NCBI GenBank assembly: GCA_002633005.1
Contig: NMRA01000342.1
Coordinates: 334,056 to 398,055 of the forward strand
Reading direction: 5' to 3'
DNA: 64,000 nucleotides
Source: Phoronis australis
Lineage: Eukaryota; Animalia; Phoronida
Under the pieces are notes generated by a model that saw only the letters and a list, made by a program, of their open reading frames with translations, ran no database searches and had not been told where the DNA came from. Position 1 is the first letter of the stretch. Every line of letters starts with the position of its first letter. This document shows, piece by piece, positions 1 to 12,790 of the stretch. A program made the translations under genes and the position numbers.

Positions 1-179
1 TAAAGGCCTACTACTCGAGCACATTATAATACTTATCAAAAAATGCATTTCGCCTTGTTTAGCTGGCTAAAAACGAAAATTGAACTAGGCCCTGCGACTT
101 GAGTTCCGGTTCATTCGGCAGCAATTCGAGACCATGTGAGCAATGGAAATGCTTTTAAATCCCAAAGCGCTTCGCTTAA

Positions 180-981
180 GAATTCAACAGTGAACGAAAT
201 GCAGCGTCAAGTTCGATAAATGAGAACAAGTCTGTACCCAGTGCAAGGTTTTGAAGTAAGAGCATTTTCTCAAGAATATACCACCTGCACAAACTATGTC
301 CAAGACACGTTTTTGTTGTTTTTTTCTTAATGTTTATTACGAAATCTTCAGAATACAATGAATATACATAGCCCAGAAAGCGCCAAGAGGCATTATATCT
401 GGGTTAAAAAATACAAAAGAAGTCTATATACAATTATTATACACAAATACATAAATTAAAAAAAATTGTTGTTAAGATTACAATGACATATGATTACGAA
501 AGTAAATAAACCATTTTCATACACAATTATACAATTCTATCCACTCACACAAAGAGATTTAATATTATAAAGAAATTTTGATACGCTTTTGTTGAACATT
601 CCAGTCACAGTCTCATCATTAAAGTAGCCGGGCAGGCATTTGAATTTGGATAGGGCAAATATAGTGTGTCCCTCCTGCCCCAATGTTGTTGAAGTGTCCC
701 TTCTGCCCCAATGTTTTTGAAGACGAGTACCATTTCCTTTTAAGCTGTGATAATATTCTCAATTGAGAGAAAATTGTATTGAAGTGTACTACTGGAAATT
801 CCCGTCTTTTTTCAAGTTCAATATCTCAATGTTAACAAATGATGATGCAGTAAATTAGTTAACTCATGTAAATTTGTATTTTATACTTTTCATGATACTG
901 TAGCTTGCTGCACTCCTAACTATGTTACATGTTACAGTGGGCTTATGACTTTTATTACAGAAATAAATTGATTGATTGATT
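180..981 (+). mobile_element. Decayed RTE-X-like LINE 3' end, interrupted by the 319-582 insertion
   Basis: Frameshifted translation shows SSHSLII..GR...VCPSCPNV.EDEYHFLLSC, the C-terminal zinc-knuckle motif typical of RTE-X. Ends in aataaa plus an (attg)n tail at 962-981. Internal duplication of about 29 bp at 666-722. Confidence 0.6.
319..582 (-). mobile_element. Short 3'-end copy of the same LINE family
   Basis: Reverse complement matches about 30440-30699 (ctgaagatttcgtaataaacattaa; aaatctctttgtgtgagtgg). Flanked by TSD acgtttttgttg (307-318) / acgcttttgttg (583-594). Confidence 0.85.
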
Positions 982-1374
982 AAAATGGTCCATCTCAAGC
1001 GCTCATGAGCTGAACAGGATTAACGATGACAAACTGTTATCTAAATATAGAATACAAACCATTCTGTTGAATTTACAGCCAAAGACCGACCTATTTGGAA
1101 GGCTTTTAACTTCCGAACTATATCACTAAAATTTCAATTGGAGAAAAGCTTTCGCAAACTTCAATACCCGTTCGTCACCTAAAATATGTACTGACCGAAA
1201 TAGTAGAATTGAATAAATAAACAAGACAAACCATGTCACCCAAACAGAATGTGTTTATCTCTCTCATCGTAATTTTACCAAGTACCAATAAATGATTACG
1301 TTACGATGTTTTGTCGACAAACAGTTTTGTCCCCGGGTTACAGAATACCCAGTTCTGCAGTTACGGGTACACCG

Positions 1375-2115
1375 GCTCTATTCTAAAGACTACTAGTACA
1401 TCAGCTCTATTCTAAAGACTACGAGTACATCAGCTCCATTCTAAAGACTACGAGTACATCAGCTCTATTCTAAAGACTACGAGTACATCAGCACTATTCT
1501 AAAGACTACGGGTACATCAGCACTATTCTAAAGACTACGAGTACATCAGCTCCATTCTAAAGACTACGAGTACATCAGCACTATTCTAAAGACTACGAGT
1601 ACATCAGCACTATTCTAAAGACTACGGGTACATCAGCACTATTCTAAAGACTACGAGTACATCAGCTCCATTCTAAAGACTACGAGTACATCAGCACTAT
1701 TCTAAAGACTACGAGTACATCAGCACTATTCTAAAGACTACGGGTACATCAGCACTATTCTAAAGACTACGAGTACATCAGCTCCATTCTAAAGACTACG
1801 AGTACATCAGCACTATTCTAAAGACTACGAGTACATCAGCTCTATTCTAAAGACTACGAGTACATCAGCACTATTCTAAAGACTACGAGTACATCAGCAC
1901 TATTCTAAAGACTACGGGTACATCAGCTCTATTCTAAAGACTACGGGTACATCAGATCTATTCTTAAGACTACGAGTACATCACCTGTATTCTAAAGACT
2001 ACGAGTACATCAGCACTATTCTAAAGACTACGGGTACATCACCTGTATTCTAAAGAATACCTAGTTCTGCAACAACAGGCACACCTGTCCAGCTCTATTT
2101 CAAAGACTACGAGTA
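1375..2115. repeat. 29-bp minisatellite, about 24 copies (gcwcyattctaaagactacgrgtacatca)
   Basis: Directly visible head-to-tail units with no spacers. Confidence 0.97.
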
Positions 2116-3477
2116 ATACTCTAAAGCGGCCACTGATGAGCCCACCTTCTGTAAAAGAAACATTTTTTATCTATACCAATTACATCTATTCTGTAAATTT
2201 GGGACTAACTTTTTCCTTACTCGAATTAAGCACAAGAACTAACTGCTCGTTATAGTTTGAGATCAGGATCGCCAACTTGGTTTGTAACGACGCATCGCTT
2301 GATTTGTGCCAACGGCGAGCCTGGTCTCAAGCACTGCCGAACTGTCAGCTCTTGCATAACCCGCGAACCATTCCTAATCTGGGTAACGAACACTTTGAGG
2401 CCAGTTTCAATACTGTGGAAAGTTGGCTGAATCAAAAGTTTGTTTGTAACGTGCAAATGCGAGTTTATTGTCTCTTTAAGGAAATCGTTAACCTGTCCGG
2501 GTTTTCGTTAATTTTTAATTGTACCAGGATTTTCTGTGGATAAGTCCACTCATGGGCGTTTACTTAGTGTAATAACTGGGTGTCAAGTGTCGAGATAGTG
2601 GGTCGTTTATTCGGTAAATTTCCTTTTAAAAGTCACACAGTGTCAACTTTTAGTCACAAATTCAGTTTTGTGGAGCATTTATCATGTACAAAAACGAACA
2701 AAGTGTTGGTGAATTAGGCATTTCTTAACATAAAATTTAAAAACATAGTTTTAAGTAAAAAAGTCAGGCCCATGTTTACTCAGTCCATACTGGTATTTGC
2801 GTAGCCAAAACTATGACCTTCTGTTTACACGCCCCCTTTTCCGAATACACGCCCATGGGCTTAGCTACGAAAAGTCCAGTTTGCGTCATCGAAGTCATTT
2901 TTGTCGACGTAGGATAAATAATCTCGCCCCTCAGACAAACCGGAAGGGCTTTGTCACTGACTGCGTTTTTGTCACGATTACAAATCTCTGCAATACTCAA
3001 CCAAAGAACTACAGCTCGTGAGGAAAGATTGATAACTAAGAGAAAATGATTACGTTGATAAAAAATCCAGAGTGGTTCTACCTAAACAGTATACCTACTG
3101 GTTTTAGATTAGGATTCTTTTGTCGGTACGAGATTAAGGAACTGATACCAGTGAGAACACCAAAATTTAATTTAATTGTAATTTTGGCTCTGAAAATATT
3201 TTGACACAAGAACAACCTTAATGAAGCCCCGAGTAAATATTATTTCTTGCCCAGTCGGTAACATGAACCTACCACCTCTGAAGGATTGTGATTAAAAGGA
3301 ATAAAGCTTACAACGGGATCGTATATTGGCAATCAATGGATTGTTAAATAGGGACGGTGGGCAATTACAGACAGTGTTACTTGACTGGTTTGTTTATTCT
3401 TTGTTAGATTCCTTTTGCAGAATGTAAATGAAACCAAACATTTTCTGACTCTTTCAACATCTTTAGCGTAGCGACAC

Positions 3478-3857
3478 TCATCATCACAGGCACTGACCTT
3501 ATCGTTGTCGTCGACACCATCACCACCATCGTCTTCAACATCCTCCTCGTCATCATCCTCATCATTTCCACCGTCGTCATCATCCCCATTATTGACACCG
3601 CCTTCATTATAGTCATCGTCATCAGTAACATCACAATCACTGTCACCACCGCCCTCATCATCATCATCGCCATCATCATTATCATCACCTCATCACCATC
3701 ACCATCACTATCACAGTCAACATCACCGTCACCGTCACCATTACAATCATCACCATCACCAGCATTAACACCATCATCACTACAACCGGCATCACCACCA
3801 CCATCAATGTCGCCCCCACAGTCACCGTCACAATCATCACCATCATCATCATCATCG

Positions 3858-3893
<36 letters not shown>

Positions 3894-3965
3894 CCACTGC
3901 CGCTGTTGTGGTCGTCGTCACCATGATTGCTGTCATAGTGGTTATGATAATTATCACGGTGATAT
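3478..3965. repeat. (CAT/CAC/CGT)n degenerate trinucleotide microsatellite
   Basis: Pure (cat)n core near 3835-3895. It generates the spurious poly-Met/Val ORFs. Confidence 0.95.
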
Positions 3966-5154
3966 CGATGACAGTGCTCTCATGATTACCGTCGCTATTA
4001 TCCCTGTAATCATTAGAATGGTTAATTGAATTTGTCACTAAAAGTTGACGCCGAGTGAATTTTTATGAGGAAATTTTCTGAAAAAAAACGCCCCACTATC
4101 AGGATACTTGAAAACAGAAGATGAAACACCAAACAAACGTCCTTGGGAGTTCATTCGGCATAATTTTCCCTACTAAATGCCAATGGGCGTTTCATCGGGT
4201 GGGCTTATCTACAATCGCAATGGGTGATTTGATGCTATAACCGGCTGCCGGCATACTACCTCAGAAATAGAGAATCCTACACGAATCTCAGGTTTATGAC
4301 ATGGGCAAAAGCTCTTGAAAAGTTCGTCAAAATCCCCAGGCTTGGATTTCCACTTTTCACTACTTTGTGATTCGCCCATGTAATATCAAAAATTACGTAC
4401 TCGGTGTTACTAACCAGTCGTGACGTAGCACATACCAGGTCACGTGAGAAATAAAAAATGCACATGAATCACCGTACAAAGAGAATAATTGAAAGTGGAT
4501 AAATTAAACAATCACAAATGAAAACAGGCAACCAATTTACACGATATATAAGTAAGTAATACACAGGCGTTTAAACAAAAAAGATTACAGATAAAAAGAC
4601 AAGTGGAAAATTTCATCAACAACATCTACTACCTAGTTCTTATAAAACGAGTGAATCATTCACTGTTTAAGGCTACGTGTGGTTTTGTTAGTGATATTAC
4701 ATAAATGCATGCAGCACTAAGCAAGTGTGGATTGAGTAGAATGTCGGGTATCAGAGACATTTTGGAAGCTAACGTCCTAAAATACGTGAAGCTAATATTG
4801 GACGGTATCTAGCGATATTCACTTTTCTTGAAAGGAATTTGTGTTTCGGGTAATAATTCCTGTTGAATAATTTTTTGCAGAGCAATGCACACATTAAAAA
4901 TCGGAGTAGTTGATTATTTTCAACTGATAGCCAGCCTTCAACCCGGAAAATAAACCAAAGTTACTAGAAATATACAGCAAAGGAGTCAAAATACGATGAA
5001 AGCTAAAAAATCCTAATAATTCATGGACGTCAACTCATTTTTATTTAGCTTTAAACTTCCGAGGATGGCCAACGTAAAACTCATAGTAATTGTTTGTGTC
5101 TTTGGTCAAAAACACCAACCTTGCCGCAATGAACATGTTCCTTACTAAAGACAC

Positions 5155-5312
5155 CGGGCAGAGTTCAATACCCGTCTCGCGGTGAGAAAAAAATCTAGCC
5201 AAAATCACGTGCTCTCAATGGAAATACACGGTAATAGCTCGCGTAATCTCACGGTGTCTTGCTTGTCTAGGGCGGTCCTAAGGTGAGCCCAGTGTTATTG
5301 AAGACTACCCTG
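5155..5312 (-). mobile_element. MITE sharing the internal core of the 24288/28761 family but with different TIRs
   Basis: tctagccaaaatcacgtgctctca..atacacggtaatagctcgcgtaatctc..gtcttgctt is the reverse complement of the core. Ends gggcagagttcaata / tattgaagactaccc. Confidence 0.6.
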
Positions 5313-8149
5313 ATCTCTGGTCTGAGAAGCAGTGCCGTGTTTGTGACTAGGCTCAGTCGTCTTGACACGACCGGTCATTGTACGCGCTCAGCATGGCTTG
5401 TAAGATGCAACGAAGTGTCAGTTGAGACTAGCTTTATAACGATAAGTGCCTAAATCAAAAGTTGATCAGTTTGGCAGAAAGTAGGTTCTCAGTAGCTTTA
5501 AACTATTTTTCATTTATTTACCTCAGGCTTTGCTTCAGAACACAAGAACGAGTATCCTCAAATGAAAAATGGAAAAAAGAAGAGAAAGAAGGAATATATT
5601 TCAATTCTGTCTATTTTGAAAAATCGACGAAAAATCAACTTAACAGTAATCTTGACTGAGGGAACATCATTTTGAAATACGTTTTGGCTAAGCTGGTATG
5701 AGCAAGAATTATTTGTTTGATGAAGCTTTATATCTTAACCGGAGTGGTTATCGTAAGTGACAGCACATTTGACATATGTTTATCTTAGTTGTCTCGTCGC
5801 TGACTGTTAAAATACATGCAGATATTACAACAGGTTCGTTTTGTGGTATCCATCATGTTTCTTAACTATTGGAATCCGAAAGTGACATTTTGTCCATTCA
5901 CTCGTCGGTGAAGTACGTCGAAATCAGACACGAACAAGCCGCAAGGTTACCTCAGGCGACACTGCCGATTGACTATTTATTTTTGATCACGAAAAGTCAA
6001 TTATAAGAAGTATGTTAAAAATAATATGGGCATAACATATTAAGCGATGAATAAAGAAAGTCTATCAGTAGTAGTGTGACTGAATACCTATCCAAACAGC
6101 ACTTTAGTTTCAAGAAGTCAACTGCTGAAATAAGTTTTCCTAATGTTTATTTGACATGCCATCCAAGTCGCGCCATATAACGCAGCATAATCTTGATATA
6201 AGATGAAATCAATTCCTATTTTGCATTTTGAAATGCTGACGTTTCTCGAACTCGACGCTTACTACGAAGTTGACTACCATTCAAAATGACTCGTAATTGT
6301 AAACAACAAAGCACAAACATCATGATTGAAAGTCAACATGACCAATAATTGCTGTCATTGTAGTCATTACCGTGTGTAAGTCAACGCATTGGAATTCATC
6401 AGAGATATGCTAAATTCCACGCACAATCGGCCGTGCATTATCAAACGCACTGAACGAATGTCCATGTTTTAGTAAACATTGCAATCTATATGTGGAACTG
6501 TATGGATTTCCTAGTTGTGATCCCGCAAGTTCACGCTCATTTTTCTACAAAAGAGTAGACCCTGTAACAAGAATTTACCAAACGCATAGGAGACTGCGTG
6601 TTGGCTTCGGGGAGGCGCAGCCCGCAGGCAATTACTCACAATTTTCGACTAACAAGGGAATTGGGAGAGAGGCAAGTAACCAGGGCCCCTTCTGTACACA
6701 GCACAGCATTTGAAAATCCACCATGCGCCAGCATATCGTTTTCTGGGATTGCGAACATTTTCCTTCCAAAATTGTTGTTGCCACCCGACGCGGCGTCGTA
6801 AACCAATCAGTGAATAACAACGCATGACAAGCACAGTTGTTAAAAATCAGGACTATAAACATTATGTGTTACTTCGACCAAAGCGCTAATCAGTTAAGAA
6901 CAACGAAATAAATCATAAATAATTTTAAGCCTCATGAAATTCACAAGAACAACAAATGCGGGAATGGATCTCGAAGACTCAAGAGCTAGTAAGCTTCGCG
7001 TCTATAACATGGCAATATCCCGCAAAACGCGCGTGATTTCGCCTTTATTATCGCGTGATTGCACTTTTCCCACCCTGGGTAGTATTCTGTGGACGGGATG
7101 CATCAGTCATGCACCAGCGGCAAGAAATCTTCGCTGATAGATCGGAAACAATAAGTTCTAACCCATAATTCTTGAATTTTATACCATAATTCAACATCCC
7201 AACCTCACGACCAATCACTTCAGTTGTGGCCATTTTGCTAGCGGGTTACGCTAATAAGTCTCTAACATACTCGCAAAATACTATCCATGGTTTTTCGTGA
7301 TCTCGCTTTTCTGGTGACATGAACTCACATTTGGGAAACTTTGATCACGAAACTGTCGAGGAAAATTCATGACTTTCGATCACGGAAGAATGAGGCCTAA
7401 GTCGTCCGGAGCAACTCGGGTATTTTTGCAAGTGTTTCACAACTGTTTCATAACAGCAAAACGATTTGGCCAAGAGACCGTCTAAAATCTTACCTACCTT
7501 GCAAGCAAAAGTCGCACGCGCAAAGTCATTCCCAATTCTTAGTCTCCCGACCCTCGTGTTGTATTGTTCAATCTTGTTTAGGCTTGTCGTCGTATGGGAA
7601 TCCCGACGTATTCGACGGCATTCTTGTTTTAGGGTGACATGACTTGCTATAATGATTGAAGTACAACAAATTTGCGCCCAAAACGCCTTTAATTATGTGA
7701 TAAAAGGAGGGAAATTCAATTTGCTTTATTTAGTAATATTTTATCACGTGTTTGGATTAAATTAAGCACACGCTTCTCAAAAATTTCTTTCTGCTTTGTT
7801 GACAAAAAGAACATAATGAAAAAGTTGTCTCCAAAATCGATGATCGTTTGAACCAGTTTAAAGTGGGATACAAAGAGCGAAAGCGCTCTACTCAAATCTC
7901 CTAGTATTCCCAACAGAGGGCGATACAGATCTCTTTGCGACCCTCTCTGGTTCTCCAGCGTGCTTAGCCAGCACGCAGGTATCACGAAGTGGCAGGAGCT
8001 TTAGCATTGGTTGATGTAACCTCAGCAGTCATTGGTTAGCTTTACAACACCGTGAAAAAATGACGGACTGTGAACGATTTTAGCCTTGTCATGCAAGTGG
8101 CGTTGCAGCAACTATTTCGTTTCTGCAGTGAAGTTTAATAGCCGAGACA

Positions 8150-8289
8150 AAAGACCACTAAAAAGGCAGGAACGAATTCCCAATTCATAGCTCTGAACGT
8201 ACACACATGAATGTTTTTAGAAAAAGGTCCATATGTCCACATTCTCAAAAGTTCGCGCCCCCAATTTTTTTAGGCTGGGTGTGTGCATG
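8150..8289 (+). mobile_element. Right half of the 47924-48185 MITE family
   Basis: caattcatag.tctgaacgt...aaaaggtcca...cattctcaaaa...ttttttaggctgggtg is shared. Confidence 0.7.
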
Positions 8290-8889
8290 TGTTCAGTATG
8301 TTAGTGAGCATTTAAAACTTGTATTGCTGGATTACATAGTGTCTGTGTTTTATTAAATATGTGATGTGGCATGAAACTGTTATTTGTTACTTTATTCTGT
8401 CCTAAGTTTTATTATTTCAAACGTAGCTACTCCAGTGTTAGCCATAGTATTTTAATTTGTGGAGGTTTCTTCACTGACTTCTGTTGCACAACATCCTTAC
8501 CGTCCTGACTCCTGGTGATAACCGTATGAAGCAGTTTTCACTAATAAAAGCAGTAGTGGTTTTCTCTAATGAAATTAACTATTTGGAACTCTGAAGTACA
8601 TCTCTTCCTTATATTTGTTTTGCTTCCGTGTTTTCTGTAGATGCCAGTCTTGGTGCATTGCTTCGTGTTTAAAATAGCGAACAGTGAAAATTAATCCCTC
8701 ATCCTTTGCACCTATCCCTATTGTCTAACTCAGAAGTCATGTCGGTAAACAATTCACTTCAAGCGACTCCCTGTTTGGTCAGTATATTATTTGGCAAGCA
8801 TTCTGATTGGTGTACTGTATTTTAGGTGTTCGCTATTTAGTTCATGTGATATCGCGAACCACTTTGAATTTTCAGTATAACTCAAAGTC

Positions 8890-9905
8890 TGCATCGGTGG
8901 ATTAGAAAAAAAAAACGTCATCAACAACATCGGAATTGAAGGGCATTTCATTGGTGGAAAGACGACATTCGTGAGTGGTCAAATATAACGAATAGTGACA
9001 TTTTCAGCAATGTGATAGAATCGAAAGCAGTTGATGGACAGCCAACGAAAAAAATTATAAGTTTGGAATCAGACAATTACTTCCAGAGTGACTCTGTTGA
9101 TAAAATTTTACACCATAACTTGTACAAGGACATTGTAACGTCAGACCATCTCAGAATATCAACAGTGGGTGCAATGAACTGTATATAAAAAGCATTGCAT
9201 GATGGTGAAATATTGTCATGCAATTGCAAATGTAATCATGGCCGGTTTAGCAAAGACATGCAGTCACGTTGGTGATGTGTTGTGGAAAATTGAACACGTT
9301 GTCAGAATGGGTACTACGAGCACTAGCTGCACTGACATGTCTGCAAATTGGAATAAGGAAACCAAGCGGAATATAGAGGCAAAAGGTCTTAATAAAATAG
9401 CTTTCAAAAACCCTAAGTTGTAGCACAATATTTTGGAAGACTGTGATAATGCTAGTGCTTGACAGGATGTGCCTCTGTTTTCGACAACAGGCATTCCAGG
9501 AACATTGTAACGGATCACACTTAACTTCCCTAATTCGGTTAAAAGGGGCAGTTGTTAGCAAAGTTTAAAACGCTTTACGACAAACGAGTCAAATTGTCAG
9601 ATGCATAAGAACCGAGTTCTTGCAGCCACTACTGTTTGACAAAGTGATCCTGACTTGTGGAAGGACTTCAGGAAAATCAGGATAACACGAAGTGTTGCAC
9701 AAAGTAACCACCGACGTCCTTAGCTTTTTGCGTGAACACTCCCATCCTAGTTTTACAGGCAGCTATTTTACAACGTATGGGAGACTGAATGAAGTGAAAC
9801 CATTGGACTGCCTCAGAAAGTCATGCACTATTTTCACGCACTGGGTTCTCAGTTGCCCCCTTCAGAAAACTGGTTAGCAGCAAGCCCTGATAGAATTCTA
9901 AATGC
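8890..9905 (+). pseudogene. Decayed SWIM-finger plus YqaJ/lambda-exonuclease-like gene of a DNA transposon (ISL2EU/KolobokP-type accessory gene)
   Basis: With frameshifts and stops it reads EWSNITNSDIF..ESKAVDG..SLESDNYFQS, VRPSQ, GEILSCNCKC/MAGLAKTCSHVG.VLWKIE..SCTD..W (SWIM), QSDPDLWKDFRKIRIT.S, YGRLNE and TG.SV..ENWLAASPD (YqaJ motifs). Confidence 0.75.
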
Positions 9906-10329
9906 CAAATAAACAACAAAAGCCGCAACACCACCTGAGATGGCTTGTTTATCTCTACTGACTCCAGTTTATCTAACATGTGTGTAATGGCGTGACTTCA
10001 CTATGACGATCCCAGGAATTCGGCAGTTTCCGTAATGGAATCTGTCTATTGGAAATATCAGAATTGCATAGCAACCAAGCGTAAGGACCATTATCAGTTT
10101 CACAACCGTGGTAGCGGAAACGTTATCAATGCTGCGTGGCGTAATTTCCATATGTGACAGATAGGCCTATAATTGCCATATTTGTGTTCTAATGATGATG
10201 GAGTAAATAACGATGCCTCATTAGATTGCACTGATCACATGTTGAAATAACTCTAATTAAGATTAAATATCAGTCGTAGCCAACATCTGTTGAATATTCT
10301 TTTGTGTATCGACGAGCGTCATAGACCGT

Positions 10330-12548
10330 GAAGTGAGAGCACTTAGCCCAGATGAACGAGATACCAACATCTGACTTCAGAGCACTTGGAGTGCACTCCA
10401 GTTTGAACAGAAATGAACGTCTGCTGCTACCTGCACTATGGGCTTGGTCCCTGGGAAAGTTTCGAGTAGGCCAAAATTGAGCCACATTAGATATTCGAGG
10501 TACCAACCAAAACTGATTTAAAATTAACAATAGTGCCACACTGAGCCCTTAATGACCCACGCCAGAAATATATACTCTGGAAAAGACCCCCAAAAACTGA
10601 GAAGCTCATACATTCGAGGTACCAAAAAGCTAATTCCAGTGATTCAGTAAATGTCTCTGATCACTAAATGGCCTATGGCAGACAAAATACATTCTGGATT
10701 GTGCCCGCCAGAAACCCTCAAACATCCCACCCACGGTCTGCTGTTGAAATTTTAAGCTACAGTAGATGTTAGAGGAACCGAACCTGAAATGCGCACCAAA
10801 TGATCCATGACAAAGGCAATTAAGTGGCCAATTGCATGGACTGAATGGTATGGAATTGTTTTATTTTTGTGGTACACTGTACCTCGAATTTTGAACTTTT
10901 TGGTCTTTGGCGGGACCTTGCTAGACTGGATCTTTTCTGCCATGGATCTTTCATTGTTCAGTGTGACATGATTGTTCATTTTGAAACCATTCTGACCGTA
11001 CCTTGAATATATAGCTCAAAATGTCAAGAACATTCCCTAGGTAACGTGTTTGGGAGTTTCTGCCCAACACAGAGAGCTTTGTATCACTTATTGATAAGTT
11101 GCCTGTACTGGGTCTTATACCATTCAGTCCATGCCATTGGCCACTTAATTGCCTTTGTTAAAAGGACAACAGAAACGCTAGGTTGGGCCCGGCTCAAGCC
11201 TGAAACATCTCATCCTCGCAATGCTCTTGGAAATTTAAGATAAAATGGCATAATTAAAGATCATTGCATTTTGATATCTGAGACAAGTGCAGTTGGAGCC
11301 GACGCCAAAAAATGTCAATCCGGACTTCCAAGACGAACAGCCAATACAGGGAAGAGATACATTTACGTGAGCAAAAGATTTAATCTTCAATATTCTTGAA
11401 AAATAAGAGATATTGAAAGTTTCGTGCGAAAAAATTCATGTTTACAGAAGTCCCGGAGATATCGGTCACCAGAAACTCACGAATGTTTCGAAACAAAGGA
11501 AAAAAACCAGTCACGTCTGAACAACCTGATCACAAATGCTTCCGTTAAGATGAACGTTTGCGAAATTGTTATACTGAAATGATACAGTTGCTTGGTGTCC
11601 CAAAGAAACTTATAGCATGAAAGCAAGAGTCCTAGAACATGGCGACACTAAAAGGAAGGCGATATTATTATTCTCCTTTCCAGCGTACAACAGCGTACCA
11701 GTAAGCCAAAAGGTTGATATCCAGTAGCGGTTATAATTTTTTCGAATGCCTCACTTCCAGATGATGTCAGGTCGACATTTCTATACATTTGAAAAGAAGA
11801 CAGCTATCAACATTTTATGTAAAAGGTTCCGGAATAAAAATACACATCAGAACATCCCTTTGATTTTTGAGTTTTCGTTGATCAATTCCAAAACGTCTAG
11901 CTTAATTCCTTCCCTGGATAACGACGGAGGTAAGTGGGCGGCACGCTTTCAGTTCAATGCTACAGTCACAAAAAGAAATTGAAAATTCACTGGGATAAGT
12001 TATGGAGAGAAAACATGACTGAATATATCGACGAATGATTCCTGTGCTTCCTAAGTTTGGCCTCAACTGCCTGACGGTGGGTGGGGGAGAGGGGCTACGT
12101 TCACACAAGTTCCATCCACCTCATCGGCAACATATGAATTTCAGCAGTCAAACACTGTGCCCCTACTAGAGAAACATCCCTTGACGTATAAGTTTAGACC
12201 TCAGTAGCAGAGACGGGCCTGGTATTTGATAGTTTTATGTCACCCAGGGAATTTAGTGACCACTGGCACGTACTCTATCCCGTGGATTTTTGTAGTACCT
12301 CGAATGTTTAAGCTAGCTCAGTTTTGGGCAGTCTTTCTCTGGTGGGGTAATTTGGTGCTCTGTGTGGCACGATTGTTCGTTTTAAATCAGTTTTGGCCGG
12401 TACCTCGCACATCTAATCTCAGTTGTTGTTCCCCTTATTAGGTCCCCAATGATTACAACCATAGTGCACACACTAGAATACACTCATTTCTGGGATGTAC
12501 TCTGCTGATGTGGTCAGATGTTGGTACTTCGTTAATCTAGGGTACGTG
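10330..12548. repeat. Oppositely oriented copies of a ~145/290-bp-unit dispersed repeat family (10330-10730 on +, 12200-12548 on -, further pieces at 10760-11200)
   Basis: Shared motifs attagatattcgaggtacc..ccaaaactgatttaaaa and accaacatctgac..cagaaatga..tgcactatgg occur in both orientations. Same family as 60850-62620. Confidence 0.7.
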
Positions 12549-12551
12549 GCA

Positions 12552-12790
12552 TTAGTGCGAAGGTGCACTAGTCCGAAGGTGCACTTGCCCGAAGGTGCAC
12601 TATAGTCCGAAGGTACACTAGTCCGAAGATGCACTAGTCCAAAGATGCACTATAGTCCGAAGGTGCAGTAGTCCGAAGATGCACTAGTCCAAAGATGCAC
12701 TATAGTCCGAAGGTGCAGTAGTCCGAAGATGCACTAGTCCAAAAATGCACTAGTCCATTTATGCACTATAGTCCGAAGGTGCACTAGTCG
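12552..12790. repeat. 16-18-bp minisatellite (tagtccgaaggtgcac), about 14 copies
   Basis: Directly visible tandem units containing the short palindromes gtgcac and actagt. Confidence 0.95.

Noticed and set aside
1375-2115. CRISPR-like 29-bp repeats
   Set aside because: Units are contiguous with no unique spacers, there are no cas genes, and the context is eukaryotic.
2130-2165. ctgatgag...gaaac hammerhead candidate
   Set aside because: No stem II pairing between the core halves.
3404-4038. Met/Val-rich ORFs on the minus strand (His-rich on plus)
   Set aside because: Translation of a (CAT)n microsatellite; no splice or domain support.
2220-8000. Possible exons of an additional gene (ORFs 2250-2543, 6492-6862, 7716-7985; donor-like sites near 2220 and 7495 on minus)
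   Set aside because: No recognisable domains and no consistent splice chain. A non-coding exon cannot be excluded.
12552-12790. Palindromic short repeats resembling CRISPR or operator arrays
   Set aside because: Head-to-tail minisatellite without spacers.
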